Positions 1 to 12,434 of a DNA stretch of 64,000 bases are shown in pieces. The DNA lies in NCBI GenBank assembly GCA_964570515.1, contig CAZMYM010000003.1, positions 24,697 to 88,696 of the forward strand. The letters run 5' to 3'. The notes beneath the pieces are model-generated. The model was not told where the DNA came from. It saw only the letters and a list, made by a program, of their open reading frames with translations, and made no database searches. The position numbers were made by a program, and so were the translations under genes. The DNA comes from an uncultured Thermotogae bacterium (lineage in GTDB: Bacteria; Bipolaricaulota; Bipolaricaulia; UBA7950; UBA9294). Numbering within the stretch: position 1 is the stretch's first letter; each line of letters starts with the position of its first letter.

Positions 1-2
1 TC

Positions 3-2525
<2,523 letters not shown>

Positions 2526-2573
2526 TCAGAAAACACGGGCGCGCTTGCCCGTGTGGAAACACAGGAGTGCAAT

Positions 2574-3482
2574 GTGATCGACGGACTGAGCATTGGGAGA
2601 GCACGGGGCGAAGAGACCGAAGATCGCCACAGAGCAGCTCAGGAACTCCTCGCCACATACCGGGCTGTTGAGGTCACGCGCCACGTGATCCCGGCCGGGA
2701 AACCGATCTACTTCGACGAGGCATCGGATTGGTCGGGATTCGAGTTCATCTACGTCCTCAAGGGCTCCCTTGTGCTTGTTCAGGACGAGGAGACCGTCGA
2801 GTTGCAGGTGGGCGACTTCTTCTATCATGCCGGTCTCCCCGAGCGCGCGTTCTTCCGCGTGGAATCTGATACAGAGGTCTTGATGGTCTCGTCGCCGCCG
2901 AGCTACCATCTCATCCAGCACGAAGTTTCTGAGATGCTTGCGCTTGCTCGTTCCGTCGAAGAGAAGGACAAGGCGACGGAAGGACACTGCCATCGCCTGG
3001 AGCGTCTCGCGATCCTGACCGGTGAGCGCCTGGGCCTCTCGGGCCAGAGGTTGATCAACCTCTCGTACGGCGCGTATCTACACGACATCGGCAAGGTCAA
3101 GGTGCCGACCGAGATCCTGGGAAAGGCCAAGCCGCTGAGCGACGAAGAGTGGGACGAGATGCGGCGACACCCCGCACACGGAGAAGAGATGCTTCGCGAG
3201 AAGGACTTCCTTCTGGCTACGTCCACGATCGTGCGCGCGCACCATGAGCGCTACGACGGGACGGGCTACCCTGACGGGCTTCGCGGCGAAGAGATCCCGA
3301 TCGAAGCGCGGGTCATCGCCGTGGTCGACGCATACGATGCGATCACGTCCGAGCGTCCCTATCAGCCCGCGCTCGCTAGGGAGCGGGCGCTCGAGGAGCT
3401 TCGCCTTGGCGCGGGCACACACTTCGATCCCCGTGTAGTCCGAGCGTTCAGCTCAGTGCTCCCCGAGGACGACGATGCGTAG
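2574..3482 (+). CDS. Cupin-domain HD-GYP phosphodiesterase (putative c-di-GMP PDE)
   Basis: N-terminal cupin-like segment (FEFIYVLKGSL...LQVGDFFY). C-terminal HD-GYP with TEGHC, LHDIGK, HHERYDGTGYPDGL, VVDAYDAITSERPY. Likely start is GTG 2574 after AGGAG, not 2394. Confidence 0.88.
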   Translation: MIDGLSIGRARGEETEDRHRAAQELLATYRAVEVTRHVIPAGKPIYFDEASDWSGFEFIYVLKGSLVLVQDEETVELQVGDFFYHAGLPERAFFRVESDTEVLMVSSPPSYHLIQHEVSEMLALARSVEEKDKATEGHCHRLERLAILTGERLGLSGQRLINLSYGAYLHDIGKVKVPTEILGKAKPLSDEEWDEMRRHPAHGEEMLREKDFLLATSTIVRAHHERYDGTGYPDGLRGEEIPIEARVIAVVDAYDAITSERPYQPALARERALEELRLGAGTHFDPRVVRAFSSVLPEDDDA

Positions 3483-3510
3483 ACTGGTCGATTCCCGATG
3501 GCGTCACGCG

Positions 3511-3648
3511 ATGATTCTTGTCCCGCTCGGCGCAGGGATTGGTCTCGTCCTGGGTCTCTTGTGGCGGGATGTGGCATTCGGCGTCGGCGTCGGAGCCGCA
3601 TTCGGCGCCGGCTTCGGCCTGCTGTTCGCCGTTCGGAATCCGCGGTAG
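3511..3648 (+). CDS. Small glycine-zipper membrane protein (45 aa)
   Basis: Manual translation: MILVPLGAGIGLVLGLLWRDVAFGVGVGAAFGAGFGLLFAVRNPR*. Below the ORF-track cutoff; start uncertain. Confidence 0.6.
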   Translation: MILVPLGAGIGLVLGLLWRDVAFGVGVGAAFGAGFGLLFAVRNPR

Positions 3649-3717
3649 CATCCTCTCACCGAGAGCGATGCGTGAGCAAGCCGATCCCCCGTTCTGTCCT
3701 TCCTGTCTCGATCCTGA

Positions 3718-5037
3718 CTACAGGTTGGGGAACTTACGGTCGATGATCGTCTCCAGATTCGGCAGCCCGATCTCTTGAAGCTCGTAGCGAACGCGCGTCG
3801 TCGGCACGTTGAACGTCAGGAGTCTCGCGAGATCGATCGGCGTGCCAATGACGACGGCGTCGCACTCCGTCTGGTTGACGGTCTCCTGAAGGTCCCGAAT
3901 CTGGCTGTCGCCGTAGCCCATAGCGGGAAGGAGCGGACCGATCTTCGGGTATTTGCGGTAGGCGGCGGCGATGGAGCCGACGGCGTTCGGACGTGGATCG
4001 ATGATCTCCGCAGCGCCGAAGCGCTTCGCGGCAATGACGCCGGCGCCGTATTCCATCCCGCCGTGCGTGAGCGTCGGCCCATCTTCGATAACGAGGACGT
4101 TCTTGCCGCGGATGACGGACGGATCGTCAACCTGAATCGGCGATGCGGCCTCAACGATCATCGCGTGGGGGTTCATTGAGGTGACGTTTGAGCGGACAAA
4201 GTGGACGTCGTCGAGAGAAGCGGTGTCGACCTTGTTGATGACGATGACGTCGGCGATGCGAACGTTCACCCCACTCGGGTAGTAGACGAGTTCGTGCCCG
4301 GCGCGGTGCGGGTCTGCGACCACGATCGACAGGTCTGCCTTGTAGAACGAGAAGTCGTTGTTCCCACCGTCCCAGATGACGATGTCGGACTCCTCCTCTG
4401 CCTGGCGAAGGATCTTCTCGTAGTCCACGCCGGCGTAGACGACCGTCCCATTGGCGATGTGCGGCTCGTATTCCTCGCGCTCCTCGATCGTGCAGTCGTG
4501 CGTGTCAAGATCCTCGTACGTTTCGAACCGCTGCACCTCCTGCTTGACGAGATCTCCATAGGGCATCGGGTGGCGAATGACGGCCAGCGTCTTGCCGCGG
4601 CTCTTGAGGATATCGCAGATGCGCCGCGTGGTTTGGCTCTTGCCGGCCCCGGTGCGGACTGCAGTGATCGAGATCAACGGTTTCTTTGGCTCGACCGACG
4701 TCGATCTCGGCCCGAGGAGCATGAAGTCGGCCCCGGCGGCGTTGACGATGGCCGAGCGCTCCATGACGTACTGGTTGGAGACATCGCTGTAGCCGAAGAC
4801 GACGATGTCGGCCTTTGTCTTCTCGATCATCGCCGGGAGGTCCTCCTCCCCGTAGATCGGAATCCCATCGGGATAAAGGCTTCCGGCCAGCTCGGGCGGA
4901 TACGTGCGCCCTTCGATGTCGGGAATCTGAGTCGCGGTGAACGCGACGACTTCGTAGTCCGCTTGGTCGCGGAAATAGACGTTGAAGTTGTGAAAGTCAC
5001 GCCCTGCGGCTCCCATGATGACAACGCGTCTTCTCAT
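3718..5037 (-). CDS. Cyclic 2,3-diphosphoglycerate synthetase-like P-loop ligase; candidate arginine synthetase (ArcE type)
   Basis: GAAGRDFHNFN N-terminus, P-loop AVRTGAGKSQT, WDGGNND and EDGPTLTHGGM motifs; 439 aa. Confidence 0.8.
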   Translation of the reverse strand: MRRRVVIMGAAGRDFHNFNVYFRDQADYEVVAFTATQIPDIEGRTYPPELAGSLYPDGIPIYGEEDLPAMIEKTKADIVVFGYSDVSNQYVMERSAIVNAAGADFMLLGPRSTSVEPKKPLISITAVRTGAGKSQTTRRICDILKSRGKTLAVIRHPMPYGDLVKQEVQRFETYEDLDTHDCTIEEREEYEPHIANGTVVYAGVDYEKILRQAEEESDIVIWDGGNNDFSFYKADLSIVVADPHRAGHELVYYPSGVNVRIADVIVINKVDTASLDDVHFVRSNVTSMNPHAMIVEAASPIQVDDPSVIRGKNVLVIEDGPTLTHGGMEYGAGVIAAKRFGAAEIIDPRPNAVGSIAAAYRKYPKIGPLLPAMGYGDSQIRDLQETVNQTECDAVVIGTPIDLARLLTFNVPTTRVRYELQEIGLPNLETIIDRKFPNL

Positions 5038-5142
5038 GTTCAGGTCCCCCTTTTCGGATGGCGGATGGGATTATACGCGAACGGCGTGCGAGGCATCCAT
5101 GACTCGGTTGTGCACAGGATCACGGCGACTTATGATCGTCGC

Positions 5143-5655
5143 ATGTCCCTCGCCAACGTCATCACCCTCTCGCGGGGACTGATGATCGCGCCGGTTGTGA
5201 TTCTGCTCGCGTTCGGACACCGCTGGGCCGCTTGGTGGCTGTTCGGCGTCGCGTGCGCTACGGATCTCGTTGACGGGTACGTGGCTCGGGCACGCGATGA
5301 AGTGACACGCTTGGGGCAGGTCCTCGATCCGATCGTGGACAAAGCGCTCTACGTTTCCGTCCTGTGCACGCTTTTCGTCGTCGGGGACCTCTCGTCGTGG
5401 GCACTCGGCCTGTTTCTCGCTCCTCAGGTCGCCATCGGCTTGGGCGCGCTGATCCTCCGCGTTCGCAGGAACGCGGTTCAGCAAGCCCGACTGCCGGGCA
5501 AAGCGGCTTCGGCGTTGGCTTTTGGCGCCATCGCGTTCCTGATCGTCGACTGGCCGGGGGGGACCGAACTCTTCTACGCGGCGATCGCACTGACGTTCGT
5601 TGCAGCGGGAGACTACGCAGTCTCGGGGCTCAAGTTGAAACGCAGCTCGCAGTAG
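5143..5655 (+). CDS. pgsA: CDP-alcohol phosphatidyltransferase (PgsA-like)
   Basis: ANVITLSR start and TDLVDGYVARARDEVTRLGQVLDPIVDK (DxxDGxxAR...GxxLDxxxD) motif. Confidence 0.85.
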   Translation: MSLANVITLSRGLMIAPVVILLAFGHRWAAWWLFGVACATDLVDGYVARARDEVTRLGQVLDPIVDKALYVSVLCTLFVVGDLSSWALGLFLAPQVAIGLGALILRVRRNAVQQARLPGKAASALAFGAIAFLIVDWPGGTELFYAAIALTFVAAGDYAVSGLKLKRSSQ

Positions 5656-5761
5656 CAGCAGCGCGGGAGGCAGCGCAATCCCTGCTCCGCTAGGAGCAGG
5701 CACGGATCTACGCGATCTCGGGATTCAAGCTCAAACGCAGCTCATCCTAGCGGCAGCACGG
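5613..5761 (+). repeat. Diverged duplicate of the pgsA 3' end (5613-5666 versus 5708-5761)
   Basis: YAVSGLKLKRSSQ* versus YAISGFKLKRSSS*, with several synonymous changes. Hairpin CCTGCTCC-GCTA-GGAGCAGG lies between the copies. Confidence 0.8.
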
Positions 5762-5937
5762 CAGAGAGATCAGGGATACGGCTGACCAGACCCTCAGTTT
5801 AGCAGGGACTCGATGAGCTCGTCCGCGGCACAGCTGCCGTTCACGGAGTATCGGGGATTGAACGCCACGGCAGATCGCTGTAGGGATAGCGAGGGAACTC
5901 GCTGGGCGGCTCCCCCTCCAAGCGTGTCTTCTCTCTA

Positions 5938-6858
5938 CTAGGCGGTTGGCTCAGGAATCCGTTGCCAGGGGAGTTCTCCGTAGTGGTAGGCGGGAAACGC
6001 GCTTGGAGGGGGAGCCTCGAATCGGAGTGTCTCGCCGGTCTCCGGATGTCTCACGACGAGACGCCACGCGTGCAAGAACATGCGGCGCGCCGGGACGCTC
6101 CCTCCGTAGACGTCGTCTCCCAGCACAGGGTGACCGATGTAACGGAGATGCGTGCGGATTTGATGGGTCCGGCCGGTACGCGGACAAACCCAGAGGAGTG
6201 TCTGGTTTTCCGAGCGATTCAGCACCTGGAACTCTGTTTGCGCGGGTCGTCCGCGTGGGAGGACGGTCATCCGGCTTGGGCGAGTGGGGTCGCGGCCGAC
6301 GGGGGCGTCGATCGTTCCAACGTCTTCGCTGATCGTCCCTTCCACGATGGCGAGGTACGACTTGGCGACCATCCTTTCGGCAAACTGCCGTTTCAGAGAA
6401 TCGAGCGCTTGGTCCGTCTTGGCGACGACCATGACGCCGCTCGTTCCCTTGTCGAGCCGGTGGACGATTCCGGGGCGCGACGGATCGTCGCTCGAGGGCA
6501 GGTTGCGCGTGGCGAGGAGACCCTCGACAAGCGTTGTCTTGCGCGTTCCTGCTCCCGGGTGAACGACGAGATCGGCCGGCTTGTCGAGCGCGAGGAGGGC
6601 GTCGTCCTCGAAGAGGATCGACAGCGGAATCGGCGCTGGCGAGAGGGGGGATGCGTCGGGGAGCGTCCAGGCGATGACCTCTCCGCTACGAAGGCGATGT
6701 GCGGTCCGATGCACAGGGTTCCCTGCGACGTGAACGTTCCCTCCGCGGATCTCCCGTTGGATCAGACTGCGAGAGACGTCTGGGCGGATCGACGCCAAGA
6801 ACCGGTCGAGCCGCTCTCCGTTCGAGCGCTCGTCGACGATCGATTCGATCCGTTCCAT
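5938..6858 (-). CDS. rluD: RluA/RluD family pseudouridine synthase
   Basis: S4-like N-terminus (ERLDRFLA...SRSLIQ), DKPADLVVHPG, HRLDKGTSG and TGRTHQIR motifs. Confidence 0.92.
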   Translation of the reverse strand: MERIESIVDERSNGERLDRFLASIRPDVSRSLIQREIRGGNVHVAGNPVHRTAHRLRSGEVIAWTLPDASPLSPAPIPLSILFEDDALLALDKPADLVVHPGAGTRKTTLVEGLLATRNLPSSDDPSRPGIVHRLDKGTSGVMVVAKTDQALDSLKRQFAERMVAKSYLAIVEGTISEDVGTIDAPVGRDPTRPSRMTVLPRGRPAQTEFQVLNRSENQTLLWVCPRTGRTHQIRTHLRYIGHPVLGDDVYGGSVPARRMFLHAWRLVVRHPETGETLRFEAPPPSAFPAYHYGELPWQRIPEPTA

Positions 6859-6883
6859 CGTCCGTCATCCGCCTTCGCTCCGT

Positions 6884-6912
6884 TTGTCGTATCAGCGGAG
6901 CACACGTATAAT
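6884..6912 (+). promoter_or_regulatory. Sigma70-type promoter for nusA
   Basis: TTGTCG-17 nt-TATAAT. Confidence 0.6.
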
Positions 6913-7064
6913 ACGAAGTTCCCGCAAGGACTGGAAGGGGAAGGACTGGGGGGTCGCCGATTGAGGCGGCCGTCGTTGTTTGATGGGCCAGGAAACGGGA
7001 GGGACAGGTAGTCGGTGGATGCCGACCAGGGCCGCAAAGGTCCTACGCCCGACGGATCGCAATC

Positions 7065-8012
7065 ATGAACATCGAATTCATCGAAGCTCTGGAAGAGATG
7101 GCCAAGGAGAAAGGGATCCCGCGGGAGGATCTCTACGACGCGATCCGGAAGGGTTTGGCCGTAGCCTATCAAAGCGAACACGACACCGAGGAAGACGTCG
7201 AGGTCGAGATCGACGAGCACTCGGGCGATATCTCCATCAACGGCGAACGCATTGAGCTCGCCAGGTTTGGACGGATCGCGACGAAGCTGGCTGAGGAGAC
7301 GATTCGCCAAGAGGTCCTTCAGCGTCGCCGCGAGATCATCTACGAGCTCTACGTGCATCGAGTCGGCGAGATCATCAGCGGATCGATCCATCGCTTCGAG
7401 GGGAAGGATGTCTGGGTGAATCTGGGCGAGGCCGAGGCGATTCTTCCGGAAGCGGGACGAATCCCCGGTGAGCGGTACCATGCCGGGCAGAGGCTTCGGT
7501 CGTTCCTTGTCAGCGTGGAGGAGACACAGGGAGATCCGAGGATCGCCCTGTCGCGTGCAGCACCTGAGTTCGTGAAGCAGCTCCTTCGCCTGGAGGTTCC
7601 CGAGATCGAGGACGGCGTCATCGTTGTCCGCAAGATTGCCCGCGAGGCGGGGCGACGGTCGAAGGTCGCGGTGGAGTCGCTCGATAGAAACGTAGACCCC
7701 GTCGGGACTTGCGTCGGTGCAGGCGGGGCACGGGTCCGCGTCGTCACGAGGGAGCTGTCCGGCGAAAAGATTGACTTGGTCCGGTGGAGCGAAGATATCA
7801 CCCAGCTCCTGAAGAACGGCCTCGAACCTGCGTCGGTGCTGTCGGTCGAGTTCGACGAAGAGGCGCGAATGGCGAAGGTTCTCATTCCGGACGACGAGCT
7901 CTCCCTCGCGATCGGCAAAGGGGGGCAGAACGTCCGTCTGGCAGCGAAGTTGGTCGGGTACGACATCGAGGTGAGCAGCCCTTCCGAGGCCGAAGCCGCG
8001 GCCGCGGCCTAG
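7065..8012 (+). CDS. nusA: Transcription termination/antitermination factor NusA
   Basis: NusA-N, S1 and KH domains: IAREAGRRSKVAV, DPVGTCVG, LSLAIGKGGQNVRLAAKLVG. Confidence 0.95.
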   Translation: MNIEFIEALEEMAKEKGIPREDLYDAIRKGLAVAYQSEHDTEEDVEVEIDEHSGDISINGERIELARFGRIATKLAEETIRQEVLQRRREIIYELYVHRVGEIISGSIHRFEGKDVWVNLGEAEAILPEAGRIPGERYHAGQRLRSFLVSVEETQGDPRIALSRAAPEFVKQLLRLEVPEIEDGVIVVRKIAREAGRRSKVAVESLDRNVDPVGTCVGAGGARVRVVTRELSGEKIDLVRWSEDITQLLKNGLEPASVLSVEFDEEARMAKVLIPDDELSLAIGKGGQNVRLAAKLVGYDIEVSSPSEAEAAAAA

Positions 8013-8031
8013 CGTCTCTCCGCCTCCGAAC

Positions 8032-10854
8032 ATGAAGTCACTGAGAGAGCGGCTCCTAGGTCGTGCGTTCCGAATCGGACGTTACTACGCGTGGTGGGTG
8101 CTGATCGTCTCCCTTCTGCTGACCGGTTTGGGCGTGTACTACGCGCGTGACGTCCCGCTACGCAGCTCCCTGTTCGACCTCCTTCCGACCGACGACCCGG
8201 TCATTGACGAGTATCGCCAGAACGAGCAGTACATGGCGGAAAGCGACGACATAGGTCTGTTGGTAACGCTCGTCGGCGACGTACCGGAGCTCCCGGAAGA
8301 ACGCACGTCTCGTCTCCTCGACGCGGCGAAGCGGATCAAGGAGTCGCTTGAGGCGGATCCAGATGGTGAATTCACGGAAGTGCGGTACCTGCACGAGATC
8401 TCGCCGCAGATCCCGGACCAGTATCTGAATCTGTTCGAGCTCGATGCGGCGGAACTGCTGCGCATCGAGCAGAGCGTCGAGCTGGCGCGTGGTGCGATCT
8501 CGGGCGACGCGGAGTTCACCCAACTGCCGGACGGGACGACCCTCGGAGGAGCGTATCGAGCGATCAGCCAAGCTTTCAGCGAGGCGCTCTACCGCGGCGA
8601 TTTCACGGATGCCATCGGCTCGGGGAACCTGGAGGAGATCAGGACCCAGCTTGGCTTGGTCGGAGAGCTGAACGCCGGGGTGCTGCTGGCAATCGAGGGA
8701 CTTCCAGGGCTGGCGTCGGTAACCGTGGCCGTCGAAGATCTCACCGGGATCTTCGCCCCGACGCCTCGGGAAGGATCTCGCGAGCCGATCCCGTTCCTGT
8801 CGAAAGATCGGTCGAGCCTGCTGATGACCGCGCGCCCTCGGCTTCCATCCAGGGTAGGCGTCAAGTATTCCACGCTTGTGACAGAGAAGGTGGATGCGGC
8901 GATCGCTCGCGCCGACCCTGAGGCACTCGGCGTTCGCGTTGGGGTCACGGGAACGTACCCATTCAACGCGTCCACAAGCAGAGTCGTCAACGCCGACATG
9001 GTGCGCACGACGGTCATTTCCTCGATCGGCGTGTTCGTGATCTTCTTGCTCGCATTCGGGTCGATCCTCTATAGCATCGTGGCGGTGGTCCCGCTCCTGA
9101 TCAGCGTGGTGCTCACGATCGGATGGGCAAAAGCAAGCGTTGGCGGATTCAACCTGGTGACGACGTTTCTGCCGGCTCTCATTCTGGGATTGGGGATCGA
9201 CTACGCGATTCACCTGATCTCACGGTACTCGGAGGAACGCAGCCGGGGCAAGTCGCTCAATCGCGCGCTGTACGCGGCTGTCCTCCACAAAGGGACCGCG
9301 TCCTTCGTTGCCGCGACAACGACGTGCTTCGTCTTCCTCGGTCTGTTGACTGCGAAATCTCGGGCCCTGTTCGAAATGGGCGCCATCACGAGCGTCGGCG
9401 TGATGATCGCGTTTCTCGTTACGCTTCTTCTGCTTCCAGCGATGATCACGCTGGCTCACTACTTGTTCCGCCTTCACCTTCGGGAGACCGTTGCGAACTA
9501 CGCCACCCGGATGACAGGGATCTTCCGCTTCGTCACGGGCCGAGGGCGTGCGATCTTCGTCATCGTGCTCGTGCTGACGTTCTTCGTTGCCTTCCAGGCT
9601 GGGCGTACGTCGTTCATCTTCTCGAGCACCGATCTCGTTCCTCATGTGGAGTCCCAGGACGTGATGGCCGACATTCTGCGCAACTTCGAGGTCAGTCCGA
9701 CCGGAATCGGGAGCTTCTTCACGTTCTACGCGTCGAGCGAAGCAGAGCTGCGAGACATCGTGACGAAACTCTCCGAGCACGAACTCGTCGAAGCCGTCGA
9801 TTCCGCCGTCGGGATCTTGCCAGTCAATCTCACCGAGCAGCAGCGAACGTTGAACAGCCTGGACATCGAGGCATACGTGGACCAACTGCATCTCCTCGAA
9901 GCTTCGTTGGAGGAGCGGGGAACGGTGATCTCGGAGATCCGTGGCCTGCTCGCGCAGTTTGCCCTTCTGCAATATGGAGCGTCGCTGAACGGGCTGACAG
10001 AGATCGCTCTCGCCAGCAACCACAACCTGACTCAGCTTCGCCGGATTCAGCTTCAGCTTAGCGAACTCGACGTCCTACAGGCCGGCGAAAGCGTGGCGTC
10101 ACTGCGGCTGGCTCTCGAGACACTCGACGGAGAACTGGAGGCCGTCCGGGATCTCCCACCGGTCGAGACGCTGCTGCGCGACATTCTCCTTGCCTACCCC
10201 GAGGGGATTCGTGCGAGATACCTTACGCCTGACGGCGATTTCGTGGTTCAGGCTCGAGTGAGTCGTCAGATCTACGATCGCGGGAACCTTAGCGAGTTCG
10301 AGCGTTTCGCGGCGTCATTCTCCGACAACTACTTCGGCATGCCGCTCGTAGCGCAACGGCTCGAGGAGTACATGAAGCGAGATTTCTACCTCTCCACGGC
10401 CCTGGCGTGCGTGCTGATCCTGCTCGTTCTGCGAGGGAGCCTCAGGGGTTGGGTACGTGCTCTCCTCGCCGCGACGCCACTCTTTCTTGGGTACATCTGG
10501 ATGCTTGGCGGGATGCGGCTGCTCTCGATCGACTTCAACTTCCTCTCCATCACCATTTCTCCGCTCCTGATCGGGATCGGCGTCGACAATGGGATTCACA
10601 TCCTGCACCGGACGATCGAGGAGCGCCTCGCGCAGCCCGACGGCGCGATCGAGAGGGGGGCGAGCACAACGGCCGTGGCGGTCGCTGTGACGTCCTTGAC
10701 GACGATGTTGGTCTTCGGAAGCCTCCTCGCTGCGCGGACGCCTGGGCTGAGATTGCTGGGCATCTCCGCGCTTCTCGGGATCGGATTCTCCCTCATCTTC
10801 AGCCTGTTGTTCCTTCCGGCCGCACTCCGTGTCGAGGGAGGTAGAAGGGTATAA
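8032..10854 (+). CDS. MMPL/RND family transporter
   Basis: Two membrane repeats with LGLGIDYAIHL and IGIGVDNGIHIL motifs and large extracytoplasmic loops. Confidence 0.88.
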   Translation: MKSLRERLLGRAFRIGRYYAWWVLIVSLLLTGLGVYYARDVPLRSSLFDLLPTDDPVIDEYRQNEQYMAESDDIGLLVTLVGDVPELPEERTSRLLDAAKRIKESLEADPDGEFTEVRYLHEISPQIPDQYLNLFELDAAELLRIEQSVELARGAISGDAEFTQLPDGTTLGGAYRAISQAFSEALYRGDFTDAIGSGNLEEIRTQLGLVGELNAGVLLAIEGLPGLASVTVAVEDLTGIFAPTPREGSREPIPFLSKDRSSLLMTARPRLPSRVGVKYSTLVTEKVDAAIARADPEALGVRVGVTGTYPFNASTSRVVNADMVRTTVISSIGVFVIFLLAFGSILYSIVAVVPLLISVVLTIGWAKASVGGFNLVTTFLPALILGLGIDYAIHLISRYSEERSRGKSLNRALYAAVLHKGTASFVAATTTCFVFLGLLTAKSRALFEMGAITSVGVMIAFLVTLLLLPAMITLAHYLFRLHLRETVANYATRMTGIFRFVTGRGRAIFVIVLVLTFFVAFQAGRTSFIFSSTDLVPHVESQDVMADILRNFEVSPTGIGSFFTFYASSEAELRDIVTKLSEHELVEAVDSAVGILPVNLTEQQRTLNSLDIEAYVDQLHLLEASLEERGTVISEIRGLLAQFALLQYGASLNGLTEIALASNHNLTQLRRIQLQLSELDVLQAGESVASLRLALETLDGELEAVRDLPPVETLLRDILLAYPEGIRARYLTPDGDFVVQARVSRQIYDRGNLSEFERFAASFSDNYFGMPLVAQRLEEYMKRDFYLSTALACVLILLVLRGSLRGWVRALLAATPLFLGYIWMLGGMRLLSIDFNFLSITISPLLIGIGVDNGIHILHRTIEERLAQPDGAIERGASTTAVAVAVTSLTTMLVFGSLLAARTPGLRLLGISALLGIGFSLIFSLLFLPAALRVEGGRRV

Positions 10855-10895
10855 TGCTGGAACGTAGCCGGGAAGATGAAGGGAAGTGAGCTAGT

Positions 10896-12407
10896 GTGCT
10901 CTTGAACTACGTTGGCTGGGGAATCAGCGCGGTCGCAGCGATAGCGATCGGCTTCCTCCTTGGCAACATCCCAAGAAAGCGCAAAGAGGACAAGATCCTC
11001 TCGTCCGCTCGCGATGAGGCGGAGCAGATGAAGAAGGAGAAGCTGCTGGAGGCCAGGCAGCAGATCCAGGAGCTCCGCGAGGATCTCGAGAAGAGAACGC
11101 AGCGTCGCGAGGAGGAGGTGGGCCGCGCCGAGGAACGGATTCTCGCTCGCGAGGATCGTCTTCGGGACAAGACGACCCAGCTTGAGAAGACGGAGGACGC
11201 CTTACGCGAAGATGAGGACGCGTTGGTCCGGTTGAAGGCCGAAGGAGAGAAGCTCCTCGAGGAGGGGAAGCACCAGCTGGAGCGGGTGGCGAGTTGGACG
11301 GAGGAGCAGGCTCGCGACCACTTGCTGAAAGTCGTCGAAACGGAGTCGCAACGCTTCTTCTCTCGAAAGATCGAGGAGATTGAGCGACGGGCGAAGGACG
11401 AAGGAGAGCAGCGCGCTGCACACGTCATCGCCACCGCCGTGCAGCGCTATGCGGCGGAATATGTTGAGGGGAACGTCGTCAGTTCCGTTCCGCTTCCGTC
11501 GGAGGAGTTCAAGGGACGGATCATCGGCCGCGAAGGACGCAACATCAAGACCTTCGAAGCACTGACCGGAGTCGAGCTTCTCGTCGATGACACCCCGGAG
11601 ATGGTCGTCCTCTCCTGCTTCCACCCACTGCGGAGGGAAGTCGCGCGAATGGCCCTCACGCGGTTGATCGAAGACGGGCGGATCCACCCAGCGCAGATTG
11701 AGGAGAAGGTGCAGCGGGCGAAGGCGCATCTCTCCGAGCGGGTCAAGGAAGAAGGTCGGAAGGCAGCATTCGACCTCGGGATCGAGGTCCATCCTGAGCT
11801 CGCGATGCTCCTCGGGCGTCTGCGCTATCGGACGAGCTACGGGCAGAATCAGTTGACGCACTCACTGGAAGTGAGCACGATCGCCAAGATTCTGGCCGAC
11901 GAGATCGGTATCGACGCCACCAAGGCGAAGAGGGCGGGCCTGTTGCACGACATCGGGAAGGCCGTCGATCACGAGGTCGATGGGCCGCACGCGCTGATCA
12001 GCGCCGACATGGCGAGGCGGTACGGGGAGTCAAAGGAGATCGTTCATGCGATCGCCGCTCACCATGAGGATGTCGAGCTGACCACGCCCTTGGACATCCT
12101 GATCCAGGCGGCGGACACGCTGTCGGCCGCGCGTCCAGGTGCACGCCAAGAGACCTACGAGCGATACGTCCAGCGCCTTCATGACTTGGAGGAGTTGTGC
12201 CGGTCGTTCCCGGCGGTGCACGAAGCGTACGCGCTTCAGGCGGGACGCGAGGTCCGGATCATGGTTTATCCGGATCGCGCGGCGGACGACGTTGCGGCGA
12301 AGCTCGCCTACGATATCGCTCGAGCGATTGAGGAGGAACTGAGCTATCCAGGCGAGATCAAGGTGAACGTCATCCGGCAAACGCAGTTCACCGAGAGCGC
12401 AAAGTAG
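10896..12407 (+). CDS. rny: Ribonuclease Y
   Basis: N-terminal TM, coiled coil, KH (KGRIIGREGRNI), HD (LLHDIGKA), YALQAGREVR. Confidence 0.96.
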   Translation: MLLNYVGWGISAVAAIAIGFLLGNIPRKRKEDKILSSARDEAEQMKKEKLLEARQQIQELREDLEKRTQRREEEVGRAEERILAREDRLRDKTTQLEKTEDALREDEDALVRLKAEGEKLLEEGKHQLERVASWTEEQARDHLLKVVETESQRFFSRKIEEIERRAKDEGEQRAAHVIATAVQRYAAEYVEGNVVSSVPLPSEEFKGRIIGREGRNIKTFEALTGVELLVDDTPEMVVLSCFHPLRREVARMALTRLIEDGRIHPAQIEEKVQRAKAHLSERVKEEGRKAAFDLGIEVHPELAMLLGRLRYRTSYGQNQLTHSLEVSTIAKILADEIGIDATKAKRAGLLHDIGKAVDHEVDGPHALISADMARRYGESKEIVHAIAAHHEDVELTTPLDILIQAADTLSAARPGARQETYERYVQRLHDLEELCRSFPAVHEAYALQAGREVRIMVYPDRAADDVAAKLAYDIARAIEEELSYPGEIKVNVIRQTQFTESAK

Positions 12408-12434
12408 CGGCTCTGAGAGGACGCGAGAAGCACG

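Noticed and set aside
4201-5142. 484-aa and similar long N-terminal extensions (also 2394, 16185, 24138-26765, 48423, 56836)
   Set aside because: GC-rich open frames overlapping real genes; homology and RBS evidence place the starts downstream.
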